In this document: positions 1 through 9,552 of the stretch, piece by piece
Numbering within the stretch: position 1 is the stretch's first letter
Layout: the number at the start of each line of letters is the position of its first letter
DNA from: Alcaligenaceae bacterium
Lineage (GTDB): Bacteria > Pseudomonadota > Gammaproteobacteria > Burkholderiales > Burkholderiaceae_B
Length of the DNA: 64,000 nt
Assembly (NCBI GenBank): GCA_029263615.1
Contig: JAJUFT010000004.1
Location: 1,499 to 65,498, forward strand
Reading direction: 5' to 3'
Program-made: the position numbers and the translations under genes
The notes under the pieces: generated by a model
Seen by the model: the letters and a program-made list of their open reading frames with translations, nothing else
Told to the model about the DNA's origin: nothing
The model's database searches: none

Positions 1-214
1 CGAACTTGGCGGCAGTGTCGGGATTCTCGTCGACATTGAGCTTGGCAATGATAACACGGCCCTCGTATGCCTTGGCGGCGTCGTCGAGCAGGGGAGCGAT
101 CATCTTGCAGGGACCGCACCATTCAGCCCAGTAGTCCACCAGGACGGGAATGTCGGATTTCAATACATCGGACTCGAACGAAGCGTCCGTCACGTGCTTA
201 ATGGAATCTGTCAT
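1..214 (-). CDS. trxA: Thioredoxin (5' part; runs off the window start)
   Basis: Manual translation from ATG at 214 gives [41 protein letters not shown], with the WCGPC active site. Not in the ORF track. Confidence 0.95.
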   Translation of the reverse strand, partial: MTDSIKHVTDASFESDVLKSDIPVLVDYWAEWCGPCKMIAPLLDDAAKAYEGRVIIAKLNVDENPDTAAKF

Positions 215-417
215 GGCAGGAAGGTGTTGATTGATGAAATTTTTGAATTCTGCTGCGCTCCGGGCCCTGCCGGCGGTTCCGGCTCGCCGTGGCGAGAGAC
301 GGGAGGAGCACGTGTGCTTTTTTGCAAGCATACCACTAGCAAAGCGGCGTGGTACAACGGCAACGGTCAGCTGTCCGTAAAATACGGCTTTCCCTGACGT
401 TCGAAAACGGAATCAAA

Positions 418-2379
418 TTGTCCACATCCCGCTACGATGAAGCATCGATCCGGGTGCTGAAAGGCCTGGAACCGGTCCGGCAGCGCCCCGGCATGTATAC
501 CCGCACCGAGAACCCGCTGCACATCATTCAGGAGGTCATAGACAACGCCGCCGACGAAGCGCTGGCCGGTTTCGGCCGTTGTGTCAGCGTCACGCTGCAT
601 GCGGACGGTAGTGTGTCCGTCGAGGACGACGGCCGCGGCATTCCCGTGGGCGTGCACGAGCAGGAAAAAGTTCCCGTGGTCGAAGTGGTCTTCACCCGGC
701 TGCACGCGGGGGGCAAGTTCGACAAGAAATCCGGAGGGGCCTATGCCTTCTCCGGCGGCCTGCACGGGGTCGGGGTCTCCGTCACGAATGCGCTTTCGCG
801 CCGCATGGAAGTGCGCGTGACGCGCGACGGCAAGGTGCACGAAATCGTCTTCGCCGGAGGCGAGGTCGAGAAGCCGCTTGAGGTGGTCGGCACCGCCGCG
901 CGTCGCGCGAGCGGCACCACCGTGCGCGTGTGGCCGGACCCCCAGTATTTCGATTCTCCCGTGATTCCCGTGGGCGAGCTGATGCACAGCCTGCGCAGCA
1001 AGGCCGTGCTCCTGGCGGGGGTGCGCTTTGAATGCCATATCGAGAAAACGGGCGAGACACACCGCTGGCAATACGATGACGGTGTGCGCAGCTATCTCGA
1101 GCAGGCGCTGGGCGATGCCGAGCGCATCGTGCCGCCGTTCGAGGGCAGCCATTACGCAGGACCCGACGATGAAACCTATTCCGAGGGAGAGGGTGCCCAG
1201 TGGGTGGTGGTGTGGACGGCAGATGGCCCCACCGTGCGCGAATCCTACGTCAACCTGATCTCGACCACCGGCGGGGGCACCCACGAGGCGGGGCTGCGCG
1301 ACGGTCTGTTCTCTGCGGTGAAGTCCTTCGCGGAACTGCACAGTCTGATCCCCAAAGGGGTGAAGCTCCTTCCCGAAGACGTGTTTGCCCGGGCCAGCTT
1401 CGTGCTGTCGGCCAAGGTGCTGGACCCGCAGTTCCAGGGGCAGATCAAAGAGCGTCTCAACAGCCGGGATGCCGTCCGCATGATCAGCAGTTATGTGAAG
1501 AACGCCCTGGAGCTGTGGCTGCACGGCAATGTGGAGTACGGAAAGAAGCTGGCGGAGACGGCCATTCGGCAGGCGCAGGCACGGGCTCGCTCCGCGCAGA
1601 AAGTGGAAAAGCGCAAGAGCTCGGGGGTGGCGGTTCTGCCCGGCAAGCTCACCGACTGCGAATCCAGCGACGTCTCGCGCACCGAACTGTTCCTGGTGGA
1701 AGGGGATTCTGCCGGGGGGTCCGCCAAGATGGGGCGCGACAAGGAATTCCAGGCCATTCTTCCCCTGCGGGGGAAGGTGCTCAACGCCTGGGAAGTGGAT
1801 CGCGACCGGCTATTCGCCAACACCGAGATTCATGACATTGCGGTAGCCATCGGCGTGGATCCGCATGGGCCGGACGAGACGCCCGATCTGTCCGGGCTGC
1901 GCTATGGCCGCATCTGCATCCTGTCTGACGCGGACGTCGACGGTTCCCACATCCAGGTGTTGTTGCTGACCCTGTTCTTCCGGCATTTCCCCAAACTGAT
2001 CGAGGCAGGGCACATTTATGTGGCGCGGCCACCGCTGTTTCGTGTCGACGTGCCGGCAGCGGGCAAGCGTCCGGCGCGCAAGCTGTACTGCCTGGACCAG
2101 GCGGAACTGGATTCCGTGCTGGACAAGCTTCGCAACGACGGGGTGCGCGAGGGCAGCTGGTCCATCAGTCGCTTCAAGGGCCTGGGGGAAATGAGCGCCG
2201 AGCAACTGTGGGACACCACCATGAACCCGGATACGCGACGTCTCTTGCCGGTCACGTACGGGGCGCTGGGTCCGGACAACACACGCACCATGTTCAACAT
2301 GCTCATGGGTAAGGGCGAATCCGGGCAGCGGCGTCAGTGGCTGGAAGAAAAGGGCAATCTGGCCGACGTGGACATCTGA
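418..2379 (+). CDS. parE: DNA topoisomerase IV subunit B
   Basis: GHKL ATPase motifs (EVIDNAADE, DDGRGIP, GGLHGVG), TOPRIM motifs (EGDSAGG, DADVDG) and adjacency to parC. Likely TTG start at 418. Confidence 0.95.
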   Translation: MSTSRYDEASIRVLKGLEPVRQRPGMYTRTENPLHIIQEVIDNAADEALAGFGRCVSVTLHADGSVSVEDDGRGIPVGVHEQEKVPVVEVVFTRLHAGGKFDKKSGGAYAFSGGLHGVGVSVTNALSRRMEVRVTRDGKVHEIVFAGGEVEKPLEVVGTAARRASGTTVRVWPDPQYFDSPVIPVGELMHSLRSKAVLLAGVRFECHIEKTGETHRWQYDDGVRSYLEQALGDAERIVPPFEGSHYAGPDDETYSEGEGAQWVVVWTADGPTVRESYVNLISTTGGGTHEAGLRDGLFSAVKSFAELHSLIPKGVKLLPEDVFARASFVLSAKVLDPQFQGQIKERLNSRDAVRMISSYVKNALELWLHGNVEYGKKLAETAIRQAQARARSAQKVEKRKSSGVAVLPGKLTDCESSDVSRTELFLVEGDSAGGSAKMGRDKEFQAILPLRGKVLNAWEVDRDRLFANTEIHDIAVAIGVDPHGPDETPDLSGLRYGRICILSDADVDGSHIQVLLLTLFFRHFPKLIEAGHIYVARPPLFRVDVPAAGKRPARKLYCLDQAELDSVLDKLRNDGVREGSWSISRFKGLGEMSAEQLWDTTMNPDTRRLLPVTYGALGPDNTRTMFNMLMGKGESGQRRQWLEEKGNLADVDI

Positions 2380-2406
2380 GCCCGACAGCCAAGCGGAGAG
2401 TTTTGA

Positions 2407-4704
2407 ATGGATGCAATACAGGCGGGTCTGCCCGCCGATGATGACAACATCACCCTTGCCCAGTATGCGGAGCAGGCCTATCTCGATTACGCCGTGTCGG
2501 TCGTGCGCGGCCGGGCCCTGCCTGACGTGTCCGACGGGCAGAAGCCGGTGCAGCGGCGCATTCTCTATGCCATGCACGCCATGGGGCTGGGGCCGGGAGC
2601 CAAACCGGTGAAATCCGCCCGGGTGGTGGGCGATGTGCTGGGCAAATATCACCCGCATGGCGATCAGGCGGCGTATGACGCCATGGTGCGCATGGCGCAG
2701 GATTTCGTTCTGCGCTACCCGCTGATCGACGGCCACGGCAACTTCGGCTCGCGCGACGGCGACAATGCCGCGGCCATGCGCTACACCGAGGCGCGCCTGA
2801 CTCCCTTCGCGCGGGTGTTGCTGGACGAGCTCGATGAAGGCACGGTCGACTTCCTGCCCAACTACGACGGCAGCCAGAAAGAGCCGGCGCTGTTGCCGGC
2901 GCGCCTCCCCGTGGTGCTGTTGAACGGCGCCTCCGGCATTGCCGTGGGCATGGCGACGGAAATTCCTTCGCACAATCTGCGCGAGATCGCCGCCGCCTGC
3001 GTCGCCCTGATTCGCAACCCCAAGCTGAGCGACGACGAGTTGCATGCGCTGGTGCCGGGTCCGGATTTCTCGGGCGGCGGGCAGATCATTTCCTCGCCCG
3101 AGGACATCCGCCAGATCTATGAGCAGGGTCGGGGCTCGATCAAGGCCCGGGCGCGCTGGCAGTTCGAAGACCTGGCTCGCGGGCAATGGCAGCTGGTGGT
3201 AACCGAGCTGCCGCCAGGCACCTCGTCCCAGAAGGTGCTGGAGGAAATCGAAGAGCGCACCAACCCCAAGGTGCGTGCGGGCCGCAAGTCGCTCACTCCC
3301 GAACAGCAGCAGACCAAGGCGCTCATGCTCAGTCTGTTGGACACCGTGCGCGATGAATCGGGCAAGGATGCGGCGGTGCGCCTGGTGTTCGAACCCAAGA
3401 GCAGCCGCATTTCGCGTGACGAGCTCGTGACCGCGCTGCTGGCCCAGACCAGCATGGAACTGAACGTTCCCATGAACCTAGTGTGCATTGGGCGCGATGG
3501 CCGCCCGGGCCAATGCAGTCTGCGGCACATGCTGACGGAATGGCTTTCTTTCCGTGCCGACACCATGACGCGGCGCACCCGTCACCGCCTGGAAAAGGTC
3601 ACCGACCGCATTCACGTCCTCGAAGGCCGCATGGTCGTCTACCTGAATGTGGACGAGGTGATCCAGACCATTCGGGAATCGGACGAACCCCGCGAAGCGC
3701 TGATGACGCGCTTCCATCTCACCGAACGCCAGGCCGACGACATTCTCGAGATGCGGCTCAGACAGCTGGCCCGTCTGGAAGGCATCCGCATCGAGCAGGA
3801 ACTCGAGCGCCAGCGCGAGGAGCAGAAGAAACTCCAGGAGCTGCTTGACAACCCCACGGCATTCAAGCGCCTGATGATCAAGGAGATCGAAGCCGACGCC
3901 AAGATGTTTGGCGACGAGCGGCGCACGCTGATCGAAGCCGCCGAGCGGGCCGTGCTGGAGACCAAGGTGGTCGAAGAGCCGGTCACCGTCATCATCTCCC
4001 AGAAGGGCTGGCTGCGTGCGCGTCAGGGCCATGGGCATGACGCAAGCCAGTTTTCGTTCAAGGCTGGGGACAGCCTGTATGACGCGATCGAGTGTCTCAG
4101 CACGCACGAACTCATTGCGTTCTCGAATACCGGCCGCGCATACACCGTGGCCGTGGCCAATCTGCCTTCGGCGCGGGGGGATGGCCAACCCATCACCTCG
4201 ATGATCGATATCGAACCCGGCACCCGCATCGTGCACATGGTGGCAGGGCCGGCGCAGAACCGCTATGTGATTGCCTCGCAGAGCGGGCATGGTTTCATTG
4301 CGCAGCATGCCGACATCACCACCCGGCAGCGGGCGGGCAAGCAGTTCTTCTCGCTCGACAAGGGGGACGGATGGATGAAGCCCCTGGTGCTTCAGGAGGG
4401 TGACACCCACTTGGCCATGCTGGCGAAGAAGGGCCGTTTTCTGATCGTGCCCTTGTCCGAACTCAAGACCATGAGTTCCGGACGTGGCACCCAGCTCATG
4501 GGTCTGGACGCGGGCGACACGCTGGCGCAGTGGCTGGCCATGGGGCCGGCCGGCCTGCTGGCTTGCGGGGTCTATCGGAAGAAGGACACCGAGCTGGAGT
4601 TGAGCATGGACGACCTGGCCGATTACATTGGCAAGCGCGCCCGCAAGGGCAGGGCGTTGTCGCTGAAAATTGCCCAGCCCAAACTGATGCGGCGTTCATC
4701 ATAA
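2407..4704 (+). CDS. parC: DNA topoisomerase IV subunit A
   Basis: [16 protein letters not shown] and AAMRYTE (catalytic Tyr) motifs; no GyrA box. Confidence 0.95.
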   Translation: MDAIQAGLPADDDNITLAQYAEQAYLDYAVSVVRGRALPDVSDGQKPVQRRILYAMHAMGLGPGAKPVKSARVVGDVLGKYHPHGDQAAYDAMVRMAQDFVLRYPLIDGHGNFGSRDGDNAAAMRYTEARLTPFARVLLDELDEGTVDFLPNYDGSQKEPALLPARLPVVLLNGASGIAVGMATEIPSHNLREIAAACVALIRNPKLSDDELHALVPGPDFSGGGQIISSPEDIRQIYEQGRGSIKARARWQFEDLARGQWQLVVTELPPGTSSQKVLEEIEERTNPKVRAGRKSLTPEQQQTKALMLSLLDTVRDESGKDAAVRLVFEPKSSRISRDELVTALLAQTSMELNVPMNLVCIGRDGRPGQCSLRHMLTEWLSFRADTMTRRTRHRLEKVTDRIHVLEGRMVVYLNVDEVIQTIRESDEPREALMTRFHLTERQADDILEMRLRQLARLEGIRIEQELERQREEQKKLQELLDNPTAFKRLMIKEIEADAKMFGDERRTLIEAAERAVLETKVVEEPVTVIISQKGWLRARQGHGHDASQFSFKAGDSLYDAIECLSTHELIAFSNTGRAYTVAVANLPSARGDGQPITSMIDIEPGTRIVHMVAGPAQNRYVIASQSGHGFIAQHADITTRQRAGKQFFSLDKGDGWMKPLVLQEGDTHLAMLAKKGRFLIVPLSELKTMSSGRGTQLMGLDAGDTLAQWLAMGPAGLLACGVYRKKDTELELSMDDLADYIGKRARKGRALSLKIAQPKLMRRSS

Positions 4705-4743
4705 AATGGACGCCAACGAACTTTTACCGGATATTTCGACGAT

Positions 4744-5775
4744 ATGAGTTTCAAGGTCACCGTACTGCCCAGCCGGCATGAATTCACCGTGGAAGAGGGG
4801 CAGTCCGTGCTGGATGCCGCCCTGGCGGCGGGGATCGTCCTGCCGTACAGCTGCCGCAATGGCGCATGTTCGACCTGCAAGGGTCGCGTGGTCGAGGGCA
4901 GCTATGAAGGGGGCCCGAACTCGGCCCAGATCATTCCCGAAGACGAGCGGGCGCAAGGCTATACCCTGTTCTGCCAGGCCAGGCCACTGACCGATCTCAC
5001 CATCGAGGCCTCTGAAGTTCGCATGGCCAGCGATATCCAGATTCGCAAGATGCCCTCCCGTATCGTCGACATGCAGAAACTGGCCGATGACATCATGCTG
5101 CTCAAGGTGCAGCTGCCCTCGTCGGAGCCTTTCCGTTACTACCCCGGGCAGTATCTGGATTTCATCCTCAAGGACGGGCGCCATCGCAGCTACTCCATGG
5201 CCACGCCGCCCAACGAGGCCAACCTGGTCGAACTGCACATCCGTCACACGCCGGGAGGCGCCTTCACCGACCACGTCTTCGGCGTCGGGCCCACCCAGAT
5301 GAAGGTGCGCGAGATTCTGCGCGTCGAAGCCCCACTGGGCTCCTTCTTCCTGCGAGACAGCCAGAAGCCGGCGGTGTTCCTGGCCAGCGGCACCGGCTTT
5401 GCGCCGATCAAGGCCATGGTCGAGCACATGATCGCCAGCGGCGACACCCGCGCGGTGCGGCTCTACTGGGGCGGGCGACGCCCGGCCGACCTCTATATGG
5501 ACACCCTGGCACGCGAATGGGAGAGCAAGCTTCCCGATTTCAAATATGTGCCGGTTGTCTCTGACGCGCGGGCAGAGGACAATTGGCAAGGCCGCACCGG
5601 TTTCGTGCATCGGGCCGTCATGGAAGACCTTCCCGATCTTTCTGAACATCAGGTGTACGCCTGTGGCGCACCCGTCATGGTCGACAGCGCCAGGAAGGAC
5701 TTTTCCGAAATTTGCGGCCTTCCCGAAGATGAGTTTTACGCTGACGCCTTCACGAACGCGGCCGATGCCGTCTGA
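4744..5775 (+). CDS. 2Fe-2S ferredoxin/FAD-NAD(P)H oxidoreductase (CDP-6-deoxy-delta-3,4-glucoseen reductase family)
   Basis: CRNGACSTC...C 2Fe-2S motif, RSYS FAD motif, GTGFAP and YACG. Confidence 0.85.
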   Translation: MSFKVTVLPSRHEFTVEEGQSVLDAALAAGIVLPYSCRNGACSTCKGRVVEGSYEGGPNSAQIIPEDERAQGYTLFCQARPLTDLTIEASEVRMASDIQIRKMPSRIVDMQKLADDIMLLKVQLPSSEPFRYYPGQYLDFILKDGRHRSYSMATPPNEANLVELHIRHTPGGAFTDHVFGVGPTQMKVREILRVEAPLGSFFLRDSQKPAVFLASGTGFAPIKAMVEHMIASGDTRAVRLYWGGRRPADLYMDTLAREWESKLPDFKYVPVVSDARAEDNWQGRTGFVHRAVMEDLPDLSEHQVYACGAPVMVDSARKDFSEICGLPEDEFYADAFTNAADAV

Positions 5776-5831
5776 GCGGGAAGCGTCTGCACAGGGTCCG
5801 GCACCATGCCGGAATGCAGTGGGGTGAATAG

Positions 5832-7085
5832 ATGAGAATCGCGGTATTGGGCAGTGGGATCATCGGTGTATCCACGGCGTGGTGGCTGAATCAGGCCGGG
5901 CACGAGGTGGTGGTGATCGACCGACAGCAGGGCGCCGCCCTGGAAACGACCCGGGCCAATGGAGCACAGATATCCGTGTCCTATGCCGAACCCTGGGCCA
6001 ATCCGCAAGCGCCCCTCAAGCTGCTCAAGTGGCTGCCTCGCAACGACGCGCCGCTGCTGTTCCGCCTGCAGCCCGATCTGCGGCAATGGCTCTGGGGCCT
6101 GATGTTCCTGGCGGAATGTCGCCCGGCCCGGGTGACGCGCAACGTGACGGCGCTTGTCGCGTTGGCCGAATACAGCCGGCGCACCTTGCAGGAAATGCGT
6201 CGCTCGCTGGGCATCGAGTATGCCCACCAGGAACGCGGCATACTCAATTTCTATCGCAGCACGGCCGAATTCGAAGGCTCGCAGAAGCTCGCAGAGATCA
6301 TGCGCGACCACGGCGTCGACCGGCGCATCGTCAGCACGGACGAGATCGTCAATATCGAACCGGCCCTGAAGCCGATTCGCCACGTGATCGTCGGGGGCGA
6401 TTACACCCCTGAAGACGAGTCCGGCGACGCCTTCGTGTTCACGCAGGAATTGGCCCGCCTGGCTGCCGAGTCCGGCGTCGAATTCCGTTATGGCACGCAG
6501 CTGAGCCGACTCGTGGGCATCGGCGGAAACATTCATGCCGCCGAACTCATCAAGCCCGATGGCTGCTACGAACTGTTGCGAGCCGACATCTATGTTGCAG
6601 CGCTCGGTTCCCATACCCCCCATTTTGTCACGCCGCTCGGCGTCAGCTGCCCGGTCTATCCGGCCAAGGGCTATTCCGCCACCTTCGACATCGTCGATGA
6701 AGATGCGGCGCCATTCGTGAGCCTCACCGATAGCGAGAACAAAGTGGTGTACAGCCGTCTGGGCAAGCAGTTGCGCATGGCCGGGACGGCCGAACTGGGC
6801 GGTTACTCGAGAGCTCTGAATACTGCACGTTGCGAGCAAATGTTGCGGCTTGCGCGGGAACTATTTCCAAGCGTCCTGGATTTTGATAATGTTCGCTTCT
6901 GGTCGGGACTGCGGCCTGCAACCCCGTCCAATGTTCCTCTCATAGGGCGCACGAAGATTTCAAATCTCTATCTCAATACGGGGCACGGCACGCTTGGGTG
7001 GACAATGGGTGCCGGCTCAGGCAGGGCATTGGCCGACCTCATCGCCGGGCATCGGCCGGAGCCCGAATTTCCATTTCTGGGTTGA
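5832..7085 (+). CDS. dadA: D-amino acid dehydrogenase (DadA family)
   Basis: GSGIIG dinucleotide-binding motif, YPAKGYS, GLRPATP and NTGHGTLGWT. Confidence 0.85.
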   Translation: MRIAVLGSGIIGVSTAWWLNQAGHEVVVIDRQQGAALETTRANGAQISVSYAEPWANPQAPLKLLKWLPRNDAPLLFRLQPDLRQWLWGLMFLAECRPARVTRNVTALVALAEYSRRTLQEMRRSLGIEYAHQERGILNFYRSTAEFEGSQKLAEIMRDHGVDRRIVSTDEIVNIEPALKPIRHVIVGGDYTPEDESGDAFVFTQELARLAAESGVEFRYGTQLSRLVGIGGNIHAAELIKPDGCYELLRADIYVAALGSHTPHFVTPLGVSCPVYPAKGYSATFDIVDEDAAPFVSLTDSENKVVYSRLGKQLRMAGTAELGGYSRALNTARCEQMLRLARELFPSVLDFDNVRFWSGLRPATPSNVPLIGRTKISNLYLNTGHGTLGWTMGAGSGRALADLIAGHRPEPEFPFLG

Positions 7086-7093
7086 ACTATCTT

Positions 7094-8407
7094 ATGAATC
7101 GATCAGGGTATGCTCGCACCGCCAAGCCGGCGCGCGTATTTGCGTGGGCGTCCGCTGCCGTCGCCATGGCCATGGCCTTCGGCGCTTCCGCTGCGACGGA
7201 GATCCGTGTCTGGCACGCGCTCACTCCGCACAATGCCAAGGTATTCGAAGACTTGGTCAAGGAGTTCAATCGCTCGCAGGACCAGGCCACGGTCAAGTTG
7301 AAGGCCTTCAAATCCACGACAGAAATTGAAAACGCCATCCAGCGCGCCAAGAGTCGCGACGACAAACCGCATCTGGCCCAGCTGGAAGAGAATCGGGCCC
7401 CCGATGGCGGCGCCCGCTCGTTCGTGCAGCCGTTGCACGCCCTGCTGGCCGCCCACCCGATCAAGAACGCCAAGTGGTTCATTTCCGGCAGCAATGCCTT
7501 TGCGCACGATTCCAAGGGCCGGCCGGTCGCTTTCCCCTACATGGCGGAAGTGCCGGTGATGTTCTACAACATCGATGCCTTCAAGAAGGCGAATCTTCCC
7601 CCGCAACCTGAACGCTCCTGGAGCGGTCTGCAGGCTCAGCTCGTCACGCTGGCCAATAATGGTTCCCGCACCTGCCCCCTGACCAGCGACCAGCCCGTCT
7701 CGATCAACCTCGAGAATCTTGCGGCCGTCAACAAGCAGCCCTATACCTCGGAAGGCAATGGGCTCAAGGGCCGTGGTACGCCTGCCTTCATGTTTGACGT
7801 CATGTACGTGCGCCACCTTTCCATGATGATCAGCTGGGTGCGCTCTGAACTGATGGTCAAGCCGGAATTCAATGAGATGGCCACCAAGCGTTTCGCTCAG
7901 GGCGAGTGTGCCGTCCTGATGTCCGTCTCCGGCAATATTGGCGAATTCCGTTCGGTGTCGAAACTGAATTTCGGTGTCACCGGCCTGCCGTATTATCAGG
8001 AAATCACCAAAGAACCGGGCAATCCCTTCCTGTCGGGCTCGGCCCTGTGGGTGGTTGCCGGTCAGTCCAAGGAATCGGACGCCGCCAGTGCGGCTTTCCT
8101 GTCGTTCCTGGCGCAGCCCAAGCAGGCAGCGCGCTGGCATCAGGAAACCGGCTATCTGCCCGTCACCCAGCAGGCCTTCGAGGCAACCAGCCCCTCCTAT
8201 TACAAGACGCTGGACAAATGGTCCACGCTGGTGGCGGCGCATGCCGGCACGGCCGATGATTTGGCCCGAGGCTTCCGGGTGAAGAACTATCCGGAGATCC
8301 GCGACATGTTCCACCAGCAGATCACGCACGCGCTGGCTGGCAATCAGCCGGCGATGACCACGCTCAAGACGGCCAGCGCCGAAGCGGGCAAGATCATGAA
8401 ACGCTGA
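7094..8407 (+). CDS. ABC transporter periplasmic solute-binding protein (UgpB-like)
   Basis: Signal peptide ending ASA|ATEIRVWHAL, and MFYNIDAFKKA and WHQETGYLP motifs. ATG at 7094. Confidence 0.8.
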   Translation: MNRSGYARTAKPARVFAWASAAVAMAMAFGASAATEIRVWHALTPHNAKVFEDLVKEFNRSQDQATVKLKAFKSTTEIENAIQRAKSRDDKPHLAQLEENRAPDGGARSFVQPLHALLAAHPIKNAKWFISGSNAFAHDSKGRPVAFPYMAEVPVMFYNIDAFKKANLPPQPERSWSGLQAQLVTLANNGSRTCPLTSDQPVSINLENLAAVNKQPYTSEGNGLKGRGTPAFMFDVMYVRHLSMMISWVRSELMVKPEFNEMATKRFAQGECAVLMSVSGNIGEFRSVSKLNFGVTGLPYYQEITKEPGNPFLSGSALWVVAGQSKESDAASAAFLSFLAQPKQAARWHQETGYLPVTQQAFEATSPSYYKTLDKWSTLVAAHAGTADDLARGFRVKNYPEIRDMFHQQITHALAGNQPAMTTLKTASAEAGKIMKR

Positions 8408-8430
8408 TCTGAATGAACCGCAGCGCTGAC

Positions 8431-8467
8431 GAAGGCCGGGCCGTTGCAGGTCCGGCCTTCTTTTTTT
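8431..8467 (+). terminator. Rho-independent terminator
   Basis: GAAGGCCGG...CCGGCCTTC stem followed by T7. Confidence 0.85.
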
Positions 8468-8571
8468 GCTTCGCCGCCCCCAACCCCTGCTCTCACGCGC
8501 CCGCCGTCCATCCCCCCTACCTGATCGAACTGTCCGTTCGTACATCCCAGTCTGGCGCCGCATGACGGGGG

Positions 8572-8611
8572 TCGGCAAGATGGCTGCAAATCCGGTCGAA
8601 CCGGTCTTGCA
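8572..8611 (+). promoter_or_regulatory. Candidate sigma54 -24/-12 promoter overlapped by a dyad, upstream of the pilus operon
   Basis: TCGGCAAGATGGCTGCA places GG at 8574-75 and GC at 8586-87 (GG-N10-GC). The dyad TGCAAATCCGGT-CGA-ACCGGTCTTGCA matches 10/12. Confidence 0.35.
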
Positions 8612-8634
8612 ACCTCTCTTGCTGATGCCAGGCC

Positions 8635-9552
8635 ATGATTCTCCTTCGTGCGCTTTTCCCGCTCATGCTTCTCTCGGGCTGTACAGGCCCTCATGCCGAT
8701 CTGTCTTTTAATGCGTGGCAGTGGCCGTTTGCTGCGGGTGCCCAGCACTCCGAAGGCAGCGATGCCCACGGCGGGTCGTCCGGCTATCGCGCCTTCAGCT
8801 TTGAGTGGGCCCTGTCGGGCGACCCTCAGATCATGCCGGTCCAGGTGTTCGACGACGGCGAGCGCATGTGGTTGCAGTTCGGTCCGGAGGGCGCGTGGCC
8901 AGCCGTATTCGATGCCGATGGCGAGCGCCTGCGGCCGCTTTCATATCGGCGCGAGCCCCCGTATATGGTGCTGGACGGGGTCTATACGTCTTTGGAGCTG
9001 CGGGGGGGGCATTTGCGCGGGCGGGTGCAAAGTAGCCGCAACGCCGTTCACGGGGAGGATGAAGCCCTTCTCACGGATTCTGGCGTGCCCGACGGGGCGG
9101 GCGTTGCTGAAGCCGTTGCGGTGCCAACCGTTGCTCAAGTTGCGGCGGTGCAGATCGTCGCCGAAGCGTCCGCAATGGCGGTTCCGGCGCTTCGGGTGCC
9201 CGGCACGGGGCCGGCGCCGGTCACCGCGGCGCCGGCCAGTTATCTGGGCGCACCACTGTACCGATATTCCGTCAGCCCGGCAGATCAGACCATCCGGCAG
9301 GCGCTGGAGCGCTGGGCGGGGGTGGCGGGTTGGTCCTTCTCGGCCGAGCATTGGGCCGTGGATGTGGACATTCCCCTGGTGGGGCAGGCGTCGTTCGACG
9401 CCGACTTCCAGGCGTCCGTGCGGGCGCTCCTGGAGGCCACGGAATTGGGCGACCGTCCACTTCAGCCCTGTTTCTACTCAAATCGCGTGCTGCGGGTGGT
9501 GCCTTACGCGCAGCCCTGTGACCGCCGAGGCACCACGAGGGCGGTGTCATGA
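8635..9552 (+). CDS. Type IVb pilus lipoprotein (PilL-like; VirB9/TrbG-like domain plus TcpQ-like domain)
   Basis: Lipobox LSGC, the segment WALSGDPQIMPVQVFDDGERMWLQF, an Ala/Val/Pro linker, and C-terminal VSPADQTIRQALERWA. Confidence 0.7.
   Translation: MILLRALFPLMLLSGCTGPHADLSFNAWQWPFAAGAQHSEGSDAHGGSSGYRAFSFEWALSGDPQIMPVQVFDDGERMWLQFGPEGAWPAVFDADGERLRPLSYRREPPYMVLDGVYTSLELRGGHLRGRVQSSRNAVHGEDEALLTDSGVPDGAGVAEAVAVPTVAQVAAVQIVAEASAMAVPALRVPGTGPAPVTAAPASYLGAPLYRYSVSPADQTIRQALERWAGVAGWSFSAEHWAVDVDIPLVGQASFDADFQASVRALLEATELGDRPLQPCFYSNRVLRVVPYAQPCDRRGTTRAVS

Noticed and set aside
8583-8625. Possible c-di-GMP-I riboswitch before the pilus operon (GCAAA-stem-GCAA)
   Set aside because: Lacks the GNRA tetraloop, the GACGCAAA junction and the tetraloop-receptor stem. 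Kept only as a DNA dyad.
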